From contig OZ361258.1 in the NCBI GenBank assembly GCA_977018835.1, positions 2,294,001 to 2,358,000 of the forward strand: 64,000 nucleotides of DNA. Direction: 5' to 3'. Made by a program: the position numbers and the translations under genes. This stretch comes from Minutocellus sp. GHC0000111 (Eukaryota). The notes below the pieces were generated by a model. That model was not told the origin of the DNA. It saw only the letters and a list, made by a program, of their open reading frames with translations, and searched no databases. Shown here in pieces: positions 1 to 11,986 of this stretch (the stretch's first letter is position 1; each line of letters starts with the position of its first letter).

Positions 1-159
1 GATGGCGGCAGACTTGGCTTTGAGGGCTTGGCCAGCGCGAGTGCGGTTGGCCGGAGGACTATCGTTGCTGCCCTCCTCATCCTTCTCGGCCTCGACCTCG
101 ACCTCGTCCTGCTCACCCTCGGCGGTGGCGGCGTAACAATATCGATTCAAAACACCTCT

Positions 160-1761
160 CTATGGATCGACTGACTCCATCTTCTTGATAATAACATCCA
201 GGAAGGATTCTTTGAACTGATCAAAAGCCTCCGGACACTCCTCTCTCAACATGCCATCGCTCAAGACTCGCTCTGCAAAACCGAGTGGAGAAGTCCTGAC
301 TCCAACCTTTCCAGCATAAAATCCAACACCATGGCGGGTCGGGATGCCAAGGTGGTGAACATCAGCACCGGCATCGACAAGCGCGCAAAACTTCTCAGCG
401 CGCAGCCGAAGGTACCGAAGGTCCCTCATGTTGCTCTCTTTGATGGCAGCGGTGTTAAGCAACGAGCGGGAAGACAAACGGCACATGTAGGATTCGGACA
501 CAAACCAAAGGAGTTCGATTGCTCTGACGATTGCTTCGTGGAGAAGATTCGATGGCGATTTGTCAAAGCAGTAAACGCCATGAAGGTAAATTGGGGTGTT
601 GACGTTCACCACAGAAAGGTTGATTGCCGTCTTGTACGCCTCTGTGTCGACCGACGACAATGCAGCGGCTCGATCCAGCACGTCCGCGACATGGTCCTCG
701 TCGGTCATTGACAACTCCTCCACCGAAGAAAACAAGAACTCGATTGTGGCCTTGTCGCCTCTCCGCAAAGCCAGATCGAAAAGGTCTACGGCGACTGCAT
801 CTGCATTGTACCCATAGGGCACATCGCCCAGATGACCACGACAGAATCCTGTCCACGAATTGTAGTGCGATAGCCCCACATCCATTCGCAGTTGATGCTG
901 GATCACCTCACACAGACCGAGCTCAACGGCAATCGCTGGGTTGTTGAACACAGACGTCACCGAGCAAAGAGGTTCAAATTCTGAACAGTGCTGCTCGTAA
1001 CTCGATGGCTGGCTTCGCCATCTTAGCTTCTTCTCTTTCAATGCCATAAAGGCCGAGCGAGAAGGCGCCCTCATTTCCAAACACGCCTCCATGCCTTCCT
1101 CAGTGCACCGGTCGCGCCAATCGGTATTGACCTCCATCCACGCCACAATGTTGTCCCGACACTTTACGAAATGGTGACGGTGAGTGGACAAGCTGTCCCT
1201 GAGCTCCGGGCTGCTGTGCGGCCACTCCGCCACCGGCAGCTTCTCCTCCAGGGCACGGAGGGACCAGATGACGTACTCCTCGTTGTCCGTGAGATATTCC
1301 TGCCGGATGTAGGCGGCATCGCTGCGGTCGGCGGCGAGCATGCACAGGTCGTGCAGCGTCTTGCCGGGACTTAGGAACGACGAGACCTTGGACAGAACTT
1401 CGACGCTGGCGGCCGCACTGTCATCATCGTCACCGTCACCGTTGCCGCCGCTGCTGCTGCTGGCCGCGGCATTGGCAATGGCAAGGCGACGCATGGACAG
1501 GGACAGAGGCGGTGTTGTTGATGCCGGTGGCGTCTCCGTCACATCGGCTGCTGGAGCGGTGCTGCCGGTGCTGCCGTGAGCTCCGTCGCTGGCCGACGCC
1601 GCCGGCGGCGTGCCCTCAAAGCCGATGTCCGAGCCCGAGTCCATGCTCTTGGGCCTATCGTACCGATCAACTGGGAGAAAGAAGGAGTTGCCTCCCCGGG
1701 CCAACAGACAGCATAGCATCGGCCATCTCGATCTGCTCCCTTTGGCTTTTGCAAGCCCCAT
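160..1761 (-). CDS. hypothetical protein (533 aa; alternative start at 1644)
   Basis: Long intronless ORF with a low-complexity N-terminus and ankyrin-like C-terminal stretches (LLHEAI, ALVDAGADV, SPLGFA). No family recognised. Confidence 0.7.
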   Translation of the reverse strand: MGLAKAKGSRSRWPMLCCLLARGGNSFFLPVDRYDRPKSMDSGSDIGFEGTPPAASASDGAHGSTGSTAPAADVTETPPASTTPPLSLSMRRLAIANAAASSSSGGNGDGDDDDSAAASVEVLSKVSSFLSPGKTLHDLCMLAADRSDAAYIRQEYLTDNEEYVIWSLRALEEKLPVAEWPHSSPELRDSLSTHRHHFVKCRDNIVAWMEVNTDWRDRCTEEGMEACLEMRAPSRSAFMALKEKKLRWRSQPSSYEQHCSEFEPLCSVTSVFNNPAIAVELGLCEVIQHQLRMDVGLSHYNSWTGFCRGHLGDVPYGYNADAVAVDLFDLALRRGDKATIEFLFSSVEELSMTDEDHVADVLDRAAALSSVDTEAYKTAINLSVVNVNTPIYLHGVYCFDKSPSNLLHEAIVRAIELLWFVSESYMCRLSSRSLLNTAAIKESNMRDLRYLRLRAEKFCALVDAGADVHHLGIPTRHGVGFYAGKVGVRTSPLGFAERVLSDGMLREECPEAFDQFKESFLDVIIKKMESVDP

Positions 1762-2442
1762 CGGGAATTATTTCTGATACGTATAAATGACGTGTCAATG
1801 CCGGCAGGCTCAGGCGTAGGCATTGCATGGCAGGCGGCGTCTCGCAGCAGCCGCCGAGAGGTCATCCTGAAAGCTTCGTTCTGGTTCCGTTGTTGGAAGC
1901 ATCTACCAGGACTTGTATTCAAGGAGCGTCCCAAGCTCCATCTCTGCCCATCAAGCATATTTCTTTGGTGAATTGAATTGCCCATCAGGACGATCTAGAT
2001 CTATATGGGGAAGCAGTCGAGATGATGTCAAACATCATGCTCAGTGAAACTGTTTGCTTGCTTAGCTCCCAACATGGATGGTCTAGTCTACATGTATTCG
2101 TCTTTGGTAGTGAGATTTGACTGCTGGTCTCCGTAGCAAAAATTACACAAACTCCTACTAGATCTAGCGGTATTCTTACATGTGCATTTGATGATTTGGA
2201 TCACATTATTTAATAGATCTACATTATAACACACAGTCAGTACCGGTACCGGTACCGGTAGCCGCAAAGTGTCCGTCCGATCCGAAGCACCGCGAAGAAC
2301 AACAATTGCTAGATCTGTCATTTGTCCACAAGAGCAGCAAGAGACGATCTAGTAGCTAGCTACTACTTAGTATGTAGATCTACCGGTAGATGTAGATCAG
2401 ACAGCTAAAACTTCTTTACAAGATACTGATCACCGGTACTTT

Positions 2443-5400
2443 TCAATTCCCCTTCCTCCTCTTCCTCCGCCTTTGGCTTCTACTCTCGGAGGAATAATTC
2501 TTATCCTGTACCGGTTCTTTCGAAGCGTTCCAGGCAGCATCATCGTCCTCATCGCCGTCAAAAGAATGAGACTTGCTGCGCTTGCGATCCTCCCAGCCCT
2601 GTCCGATAAGATGCTGATAATCCTCGGCATCGGCAAAGCCTTCCAAATATTTCTCCTTCTTCTCCTTTGTTTCTTCCTTTTCACCTTTCACCTTCGCGTC
2701 GTCGTTGCTGCCCTCACGTCCCTCCTCGTCATCATCGCTGTCTTCGCCCATGAGAAGGGCGGCGGGAAATCCATCGTCATCACTGCTTTCATCTTCGACG
2801 CCGTGCTCATATTGGCCTTTGATGGAAGAAGTAGGAGCCATCTCGTCGCCACTATCAGAAGCATCGTCGGACATATCACCGTCCATGAAGGCGTCCGCAT
2901 CGTCATCCTCGTCGTCGATACCATCACTGGCCATATCATCGCTATCAAATGATGCATCTTCAATGCCATCCATTGCTGAATAATCAACATTTTCATCATC
3001 GATATCTGCATCACTGGCTTCAGCAACATCCTCATCATCCGAGGCGTCCACGTCACTCCAATCCTCCATGTCTGGATCCTCGTCGTCGAAATTGGCTTGG
3101 CCGTTGCCTGCCTCTTCCATGAGCTTTTCGGCAAGCTGCTGTGCGAATTCCTCTTCAGATGAATCGGTGTCCCAGCCTTCTTCAAGCTATTAGGCAGTTT
3201 TTGAAGTTGTAATGGAAATTGGAACGTGAAATGTGAGCCATAAAAATGACATGGAAGCAAGTAGATAGATCTAAGTGATAGACCTCGACCACATTCATTC
3301 ATAGTACAAAATTCAATCGTAACACTCACCGCCTTCTTAGCACCCTCCATTTCGGCCGCGTCAATTGCTTCGGATTCGGCATCTGATGCGTCTTGATCTC
3401 CCTTATCACGGGAGATGCCCTTGATCTCGGCACGCTTGGCTCGCTCGGCGAAAAATGTGCGGAAGAACTCCTCGTCGGCTCCGATGGGTCGTCTCGAGTC
3501 CGAAAGAAGAGATGGATCATTCATGGGAAGAGACGCACGTGAGCCGAGATTCTGCAGGCCAGAGCGACGCTCTGCCACAGATTCACCACGTTTGAGGTGT
3601 TTGAGAAGTCGCTCCCGAGATTTGGGGTTTCGGTATGCCAACTTATCGAGGAAGGGGGCAAGGGCAAAGTCTCGGAGAGGATCGCCAGCATACTTGATCT
3701 GGCCCAATGATGAAGAGAATTTCTGGACAGTGGGATGATAATGGTGACTGGCGAGAGCAATCTCCCATAGACTGCACGGTGGTTCCTCGTTGGATGGTGC
3801 GGACTTGTCGCCGGTACCGACGAAAGCTGCTCTTGGCTCGCGCTTGCTAGGATCAAAGACTCCGCCCGATGAAGTATCAAACGCAGTCTCCAACATTGGC
3901 TGGAACTTCATAACCTCACTAACTAGAAACAAACTAGCAGCCACTACCGGTGGGCCGGAATGGAAGGCTGTATGGAGTAGCCGTTTAGAACAGGCAACCG
4001 CACGGGTACCGTCGGGGTCGTTCTTGGTCGCCTTGTATACCAGGTTGAAGAAGAGCGTAATTTGACGACCGGATAGCATGGCCGGGTCAGAGAGTTTGGA
4101 GTAGAGGGCACGATAGAAGCGATCTCTTCGCGCTGATGCGGCGTCGATGTTGGCACGCCCTTGCGCACCCTTTGGCTTGCTGCTACCTTCAGTGGCACCG
4201 CTACCATCGGGGGTGCCAACAGCGAGATTGTAGAGCAACATGAGGGCCTGCGTACAGGCCGCGGGAGGACTGGTATGAGCGATGCGATACAAAGCGTCGA
4301 CGTGCTCCTCCATGGCGGCATCTCGACGGGGCAGGTAGGGATGGGCACGGTTGACGCCCGAAAGTAAGGCCGAAAGGAGCCGTCCGCGCATGGTCCCATC
4401 GTCATGGGCGGTATTGCCTCCCTTGCTCTTGCCCTTGGCCTTGGATCGAGCAGCCTCGGACTTCTTGATGGCCACCTCGAATAGCCGAAAATATGTGTTG
4501 ATGAGCGACGCCGGAAGGGACTGCCGCTGCTTCTTCTTTTTGGATCGCTTCTTCTTGCTTGCCTTTTCATTCATATCGTTATCGTCCTCGCTATCGTCAT
4601 CGGTATCATTTCCATTACCAGGCCCCTTATTGTCGTCATCGTCGTCCTCTCTTCGAAGCTTCAATTGGTTCAAGAAGACGATGCAATTGTACAACGCCCT
4701 CGAGCTAAGATGCGGCCGGTGGGCCAGCTGCTGTACTTCTCTGGCCACCACGGCCGTCATGGCCGGATGCTGTTCCAGGACCAATCGCAGCTGATGTCCC
4801 GCCGCACTTGCCACCTTCCGGGAGGGATCACCAAGCTTGTTGGCAATCAGAGACAAAAGCTGAGATTCGCCCTCGGGGAGGGAGGTGAGAAGATTGGACG
4901 CCGTGCGGAGGGTGGTGATCTTGTTGAGATCCAGCGTGGTTTCGGACAGAGTTCGGGAAAGATACAGATCAATATATGCCGAATATCTCGTCTTGAGATG
5001 TTCCTCGTATCGCCACAACAGCAAAACTCGAGGCGACAGAGTACGCTTGGCATCGGTCTCGTACAAATGTAGAGGCCGCCCATCCATGGCAATCAGCTTC
5101 CGATTGTTGGGAAGGAGAGTGTTGGCAAAGAGATCAGCCAAAGCCTCCGAGGCCAGCTGCGCCACGCGATCGTTTGGTCTGCCTGGACTGGACGTGGCCT
5201 GACCAGAATGCCTATCGACGTTGATTCCAACCATATTGAGCAGCATGTCCAAAGCGTACAGCTTGTGAACTGGATGGGTCGAAACTACGACGGACATGGC
5301 CGCAACTCGATCCTTGAGCGTACCACGGCGCATGGTGGATTCCACCCAGGCCTCGTCTCGGCCTTTGCCAGAACTACCGCCGCCGCCAGACTGCTGCTTG

Positions 5401-5765
5401 GAAAGGGCCACCTCGTGCTGATAAATCTTCTCGCCGAGGGCACGGTATCTTTGTACGACGTCAGGCGGGTTGCGCCGAACTGTTGGCCCAGAGCCAGTCA
5501 AGGTCGAGGCGGTCGCAAGCGTATCATCTCGACCGGGCGTATTACGCCCACAGTCGAACCACGTCGGAGTTTCCTCCGTCAGAGTAATCAATGGAACCTT
5601 GTGGGGACGATACGCAGATGATGATGCTCCTGCGCCGGTCGACGACGACTCATTCTTGCTCGTGACGACCGATGACACATCTTTTGTGCCGCCTCCAGCT
5701 CCTCCCTTTTTGCCACGGCGGCGAGGAGGACGACAGCCAGATGATTCTGTGCCTTGGCTCGTCAT
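2443..5765 (-). CDS. CEBPZ: CCAAT/enhancer-binding protein zeta / Mak21-Noc1 ribosome biogenesis factor
   Basis: Motifs GTLKDRVAA, LLSALLSGVNRAHPY, DRFYRALYSKL, FDPSKREP, HYHPTV, GDPLRDFAL.PFLDKLAYRNPK and an acidic tail with FADAEDY. A phase-0 GT-AG intron 3329-3187 joins ORFs 2688..5837 and 2443..3120. First ATG at 5765. Confidence 0.93.
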
Positions 5766-6991
5766 GGTATTCTCTTTGCTCCCTTTGTTTACCCTTTTGG
5801 GGGTGTATGAACTATCAGAGATGAAGAGGCTTGCCACACGTGCTTGTGCTGCTGCTGCGTTTGAAACTCATGGCTGTGGCACATTGCGGCAACGCGGTCG
5901 GCGGCAAGACTGGCTTGCGACGCGAGTGCGCTAAACTTGTTTTTCCATCCCAACGAGTGAGGCCAGCCATATTCTGAACCCAAGCTTAATTCTGAACCAA
6001 GCTTTCAAAATTCTGAACCCAACATTCCAAATTCTGAACCAAGCTTTCAGAATTCTGAACCAACACTCCAAATTCTGAACCAAGCTTTCAGAATTCTGAA
6101 CCCAACATTCCAAATTCTGAACCCAACATTCAGAATTCTGAACCAAGCTTCCAAATTCTGAGCCCAACACTCCAAATTCTGAACCAAGCTTTCAGAATTC
6201 TGAACCCAACATTCCAAATTCTGAACCCAACATTCAGAATTCTGAACCAAGCTTCCAAATTCTGAGCCCAACACTCCAAATTCTGAACCAAGCTTTCAGA
6301 ATTCTGAACCCAACATTCCAAATTCTGAACCCAACATTCAGAATTCTGAACCAAGCTTCCAAATTCTGAGCCCAACACTCCAAATTCTGAACCAAGCTTT
6401 CAGAGTTCTGAACCCAACATTCCAAATTCTGAACCAAGCTTTCAGAATTCTGAACCCAACATTCCAAATTCTGAACACAACATTTCAAATTCTGAACCCC
6501 CAACACTCCAAATAATGCTGAACCAAGCATTCAGAATTCTGAACCAAGCTTCCAGAATTCTGAACCCAACATTCCAAATTCTGAACCAAGCTTTCAGAAT
6601 TCTGAACGAACCAACCAAGCTTTCAGAATTCTGAACAAGCTTTCCAAATTCTGAACCAACACTCCAAATTCTGAACCAAGCTTTCAGAATTCTGAACCCA
6701 ACATTCCAAATTCTGAACCAACACTCCAAATTCTGAACCAACACTCCAAATTCTGAACCAAGCTTTCAGAATTCTGAACCCAACACTCCAAATTCTGAAT
6801 CAAGCTTTCAGAATTCTGAACCAAGCTTTCAGAATTCTGAACCAAGCATTCAGAATTCTGAACAAGCTTTCCAAATTCTGAACCAACACTCCAAATTCTG
6901 AACCAAGCTTTCAGAATTCTGAACCCAACACTCCAAATTCTGAACCAAGCTTCCAAATTCTGAACCAAGCTTTCAGAATTCTGAACTCAAC

Positions 6992-7775
6992 GTGCGAGTT
7001 GGTCCGGCTTTAGGTGAGCCACTCGACCCGCGAAAAGCAACAATTCGTCTTTCCGCAGTCTGTTAGGGTTAGGGTTAGTGCTTCAACGCGGCGAAGCACG
7101 GGAAAACGCGAAGTCGCCGTCCGGCCGACCTTTGCCCCCAAGAATCTCTGGAATCAACAGGAGATTCGAGCCAGCCACGCTCTTGTCACCCATCCAGACA
7201 CCCTGTAGATTGGTGACATCGAAGGCGCAGCTCAAAAATATCAAGCACAACATGTGTTTGGTGGGGGCAAAGTTTCGTGAGAAAAACGACGACGCCGGAT
7301 GAAAACGACGACGCTGGATGAAATTTTTCTCTCATTGGCGGCCGATTCGGGGGCGGATGCGAACAAAAACCACAACAATCAACAACATAAACCTTTTCAT
7401 GCATGTCTCGGGCGTGTGTGTCTGCATTTCTGGGTCGATCGGGCGACTGTGGCTCTCACGGCATCACTTCTCATCCGCGGCCCTTTTTCGCGCACTCGAA
7501 CACAGGTTGATTGTTTTGATTTACATTTTCTCACACAACAGCATGCCAATCAAGCTGAAACTTTCGCAAACGTAGCGCAATGGTGTCGGCCAGCCTCGGG
7601 AATGCCCACATCTCACCTTGCAAATGTGTAGCAGCCAGGAGCGGGGGTCACCATGATGAGCTTCGTTCGGGAGAAAAAATGGATGAGCATCGGTCTTTCC
7701 GTCGTCCGACAACGCGAGCGAAGTTAGTGAAAATCCGAATGTTACTGAGTGGCTCACCTAAAATGGGACCAACTC
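6992..7775. mobile_element. non-autonomous TIR element without TSD, inserted in satellite A
   Basis: 29-bp inverted repeats at 6996-7024 (GAGTTGGTCCGGCTTTAGGTGAGCCACTC) and 7747-7775, with 3 mismatches. Removing 6992-7775 restores a satellite unit (CAAC|ATTCC). Confidence 0.8.
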
Positions 7776-8195
7776 ATTCCAAATTCTGAACCAAGCTTTC
7801 AGAATTCTGAACCAAGCTTTCAGAATTCTGAACCAACACTCCAAATTCTGAACCAAGCTTTCAGAATTCTGAACCAAGCTTTCAGAACTCTGAACCCAAC
7901 ATTCCAAATTCTGAACCAACACTCCAAATTCTGAACCCAAGCTTCCAAATTCTGAACCAAGCTTTCAGCATTCTGAACCCAACACTCCAAGTTCTGAACC
8001 AAGCTTTCAGAGTTCTGAACCCAACCTTTCAGAATTCTGAACCCAACACTCCAAATTCTGAACCCATCACTCTAAATTCTGAACCAAGCTTTCAGAGCTC
8101 TGAACCCAACACTCCAAATTCTGAACCAAGCTTTCAGAACTCTGAACCCAACATTTCAAATTCTGAACCCAAGCTTTCAGAACTCTGAACCCAAC

Positions 8196-9404
8196 TGTTA
8201 ATGCTGCGGGCGCATCACCGGCAAGCACAGGATTAGCAGAGAGATTAATGTCTGCTTCTGTTGGTGCCGCCGTGTTCGGCGGTGAAGGTTGCGATCCGAT
8301 TTGGTCGGCAGTTCAAGTGCAGGCATTGGTGTTATGTACTTTTTGTACAGATCCGGGTCGGATCAACACAACCTCGCAACAATGTCTGACTTGAACAATG
8401 AGGATGATGATGAATCAAAATCAAAAACTCACTTTCCAATTTGGATCACCCTCGCAGTGTTGTGATGGTAATGGCGAATGCAGCTCGACACTAAGATGAA
8501 CACGGCAGGACGACTTGCCTGATGCACCTGTAGTGGCAACAAAATGTAGCTGCTGCTGGAGTCTGGCTGGGTGGGGTCTGCTTGCCTCTGTCTTGCAGAT
8601 GGCAGCTGCCACCCCCAGATCTGTGGCAGTGCTGATGACGCTCTTGCTGACACTCGCACGCCAAAGCGATGACAAAAATGAAGGGGCAAAAAATGTTGAC
8701 GACGGAGAGGAAGGCTCGCATGATGTGCCTGCTGCTGCCGCACCGGCCGGATCTGATGCTGGCGTCACCGGAGAATCTCGACGGCTGATCGCGACGGATG
8801 CGGCGCAGGCTGACGCTGCGCGCAAAAAACCTCTCGGTGGACTGCTGCCTTTCGGCGGCGCCGCCCAAAAGACGGGGCACCCTCGTGGGTGGTGCGCCCG
8901 CCACCACCAGATGGCTGCTGTGTGCGGCGATGGGCCACACGAGCCGCTGGACCTCCTCCGGTGGAAGAGGAGGCTGATGTTGCGCCCGGCGGAAGAGGCC
9001 GGGCACCCTCGCAGTTCGCACGTGCTCGCAGGCGTCGCACTGCTCGATGGTCGTCCGACGGGAGATCGGAGGGCCGGCATGTGGGCGCATGCGTTGAGCG
9101 AAGAGGGGGAAAGTTGATGGCGACTGCTTTCGCAGCCGCCGGCGGACCGTTGTTTTCGTGGCGCTCCCACGCACGTCAGGCATGGTCCAGGCCCGGCCGG
9201 AAAGGCCGTCGACGGAAGAGTCTCTCTGCCATGTCAATGCTACGGGCGTGTCACCGGCAAGTGCAGGATTAGCAGAGAGATTAATGTCTACTTCTGTTGG
9301 TGCCGCCGTGTTCGGCGGCGAAGGTTGCGATCCGATTTGGTCGGCAGTTCAAGTGCAGGCATTGGTGTTATGTGCTTTTAGCACAGATCCGGGTCGGATC
9401 AACA
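8196..9404 (-). mobile_element. non-autonomous LTR retroelement (TRIM-like, 1209 bp)
   Basis: Two 173-bp direct repeats (8196-8368 and 9232-9404) with TG...CA ends and a 5-bp TSD CCAAC (8191-8195, 9405-9409). A PBS-like TGGCAGAGAG lies directly inside the right LTR on the minus strand. Confidence 0.92.
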
Positions 9405-11071
9405 CCAACATTTCAAATTCTGAACCCAAGCTTTCAGAATTCTGAACCCAACACTCCAAGTTCTGAACCCAACCTTTCAGAACTCTGAACCCAACACTCC
9501 AAGTTCTGAGTGTTGATGGCCGGCGCCCACAGCGACCAAACTCTCCTGCAGCCACCACAGCATGACAGTGCGATGACGGAGTGCTAGCAACACTAATGAC
9601 TGCGTTGTGCACCAAGCACCATTTTTGGCAAATCAGAAATGGATTTTTGAAAAGTCAAAAATGGACTGTTTTTTTTTGGAAAATCAAAAAGGAACCTTTT
9701 TGGTGCACCAAGCGCCACTTTGGGCGCAAATCAGAAAAGGGTTTTTGGAAGATCAAAAGTGAAGTCAAAAGTGAATTTTTTGGTAAACAAACCCAAAACA
9801 GACACTTTTTGGAAAATCAAAGTGGAAAAAGTCAAAAACGAATTTTTTTGGTGCACCAAGTGCCATTTTTGGCAACAATGCGAAACACCAAAACAACCTC
9901 AACCCAAAATGGACATTTTTGGAAAATCAAAGTGCAAAATCAAAAACTAACTTTTTTGGTGCCCCAAGCGCCATTTTTTGTGGCAAATCAGAAATGCATT
10001 CTCTTGGAAAGTCAAAAATGGACTGTTTTTTTTTGGAAAATCAAAAACGAATTTTTTGGTGCACCAAGTGCTGTTTTTGGCAAATCAGAAATGGATGTTT
10101 TTTGGAAAATCAAAAAGGAGGTTTTTTGGTGCACCAAGCGCCATTTTTGGCAAATCAGAAATGAATTCTTGGAAAGTCAAAAATGGACTGTTTTTTTTTT
10201 TTGGCAAATCAAAAACGGATTTTTTGGTGCACCAAGCACCGTTTTTGGCAAATCAAAAACGGATGTTTTTTGGAAAATCAAAAAGGAGGTTTTTTGGTGC
10301 ACCAAGCGCCATTTTTGGCAAATCAGAAATGAATTCTTGGAAAGTCAAAAATGGACTGTTTTTTTTTTTGGAAAATCAAAAACGGATTTTTTGGTGCACC
10401 AAGCACCGTTTTTGGCAAATCAAAAACGGATGTTTTTTGGAAAATCAAAAAGGAGGTTTTTTGGTGCACCAAGCGCCATTTTTGGCAAATCAGAAATGGA
10501 TTCTTGGAAAGTCAAAAATGGACTGTTTTTTTTTTTTGGAAAATCAAAAACGGATTTTTTGGTGCACCAAGCACCGTTTTTGGCAAATCAAAAACGGATG
10601 TTTTTTGGAAAATCAAAAAGGAGGTTTTTTGGTGCACCAAGCGCCATTTTTGGCAAATCAGAAATGAATTCTTGGAAAGTCAAAAATGGACTGTTTTTTT
10701 TTTGGAAAATCAAAAACGATTTTTTTGGTGCACCAAGCACCATTTTTGGCAAATCAAAAACTAACTTTTTTGGTGCACCAAGCGCCATTTTTTGGCAAGT
10801 CAGAAATGGATTCTTGGAAAGTCAAAAAAGTGAATTTTTTGGCAAGCCCAAAATGGACGTTTTTTTTGGAAAATCAGAAATGGGTGTTTTTGGAAAATCA
10901 AAAAGGAGCCTTTTTGGTGCACCAAGCACCGTTTTTTTCAAATCAGAAAAGGGTTTTTGGAAAATCAAAAGTGTGAAGTCAAAAGTGATTTTTTGGTAAA
11001 CCCAAAACAGACACTTTTTGGAAAATCAAAGTGGAAACAATCGAAAAGGAATTTTTTTGGTGCGCACCAAG

Positions 11072-11392
11072 TGTTGAGATATGGCCGTCCTTCCGTCGAC
11101 AGGCCTCAATTCGACCGTTGCAATTTGGACAAGACACGCTCATAATCTTGTCCAGTTCACCAGTTACCATGGCGTTTGGCGTAACGCTATAGTAGTAACA
11201 GTAGAACCTATTGATGATACTATTGATGATGATAAGCAATAGGTTCTACTGTTACTACTACTATAGCGTTACGCCAAACGCCATGGTAACTGGTGAACTG
11301 AACTGGACAAGATTATGATGAGCGTGTCTTGTCCAACAAATTGCAACGGTCGAATTGAGGCCTGTCGACGGAAGGACGGCCATATCTCAACA
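11072..11392. mobile_element. foldback MITE, TGTTG...CAACA ends, 5-bp TSD (Ginger2/TDD-like by termini)
   Basis: ~140-bp inverted arms around a ~25-bp loop, with CCAAG duplicated at 11067-11071 and 11393-11397. The superfamily assignment is inference. Confidence 0.88.
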
Positions 11393-11625
11393 CCAAGCAA
11401 GTGCCATTTTTGGCAAATCAGGAAAGGATTTTTGGAAAATCAAAAGTGAATTTTTTGGTAAACCCAAAATGGACATTTTTTGGAAAATCAAATTGGAAAA
11501 TCAAAGACTAACTTTTTTGGTGCACCAAGCGCCATTTTTTGGCAAATCAGAAATGGATTCTTGGAAAGTCAAAAATGGACTGTTTTTTTTTTGGAAAATC
11601 AAAAACGAATTTTTTGGTGCACCAA

Positions 11626-11938
11626 AGGCATCGGGGTCCGACGGGTCGGCACAGAGAGCATCCGTGAGGCCAAGGAAGCGCGCCGGGTTGTCGGAGGCGG
11701 GCAGGGCCAGCGCCGACCGGTCGACGGGGCTGGGCGCGATGCCGCTGGTCCGAAGGAGGGAGCTAGTCGCACCCCAAGCCGCGGCGGGACAGGAGACAAA
11801 ATCACCGGTGAGGCGAGCTGGAAAGTGAGATGCGCAAATGTCCTGGCACCACAGGGCTGGATCGTGAGCAGTGGCCACCGGCCGGGGTGGGAGCCGGAGC
11901 GGCAACAGCAACATCCATGGCGGCCGGGTTGTGAGCCG
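11626..11938. mobile_element. GC-rich 313-bp insertion in satellite B with a possible 3-bp TSD (CAA)
   Basis: Splits the unit GGTGCACCAA|GCGCCATTTTT, with CAA on both sides. No convincing TIR. Confidence 0.55.
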
Positions 11939-11986
11939 CAAGCGCCATTTTTGGCAAATCAGAAGTGGATTTTTGGCCTCCTTTAA

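Larger units (their letters stand above)
5970..9510. repeat. satellite A: ~20-21 bp AATTCTGAACC(C)AA-based units, present as blocks 5970-6991, 7776-8195 and 9405-9510
   Basis: Invariant head AATTCTGAACC with variable tails (AAGCTTTCAG, CAACATTCCA, AACACTCCA). A 104-bp higher-order period is seen near 6070-6400. The array resumes in register after each insertion. Confidence 0.97.
9607..11976. repeat. satellite B: AT-rich, ~21-bp subunits, ~167-bp higher-order repeat
   Basis: GGTGCACCAAGCGCC recurs at 10128, 10296, 10463 and 10631. Subunits are of type TTTTGGAAAATCAAAA, with the palindrome TTGGTGCACCAA. Confidence 0.96.

Noticed and set aside
5970..6991. CRISPR-like array
   Set aside because: The variable parts are only ~10 bp and are reused from a few types. 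There are no unique spacers or cas genes, and the context is eukaryotic.
8421..9237. gag/pol inside the LTR element
   Set aside because: No zinc knuckle, protease, integrase or RT motifs are recognisable; these are GC-rich overlapping ORFs.
9509..9594. Tiny element bounded by AGTGTTG/CAACACT between the satellites
   Set aside because: Only a 7-bp inverted match and no TSD.
9581..10999. 472-aa ORF and other ORFs over both satellites
   Set aside because: They are translations of stop-poor tandem repeats that recur in all frames.
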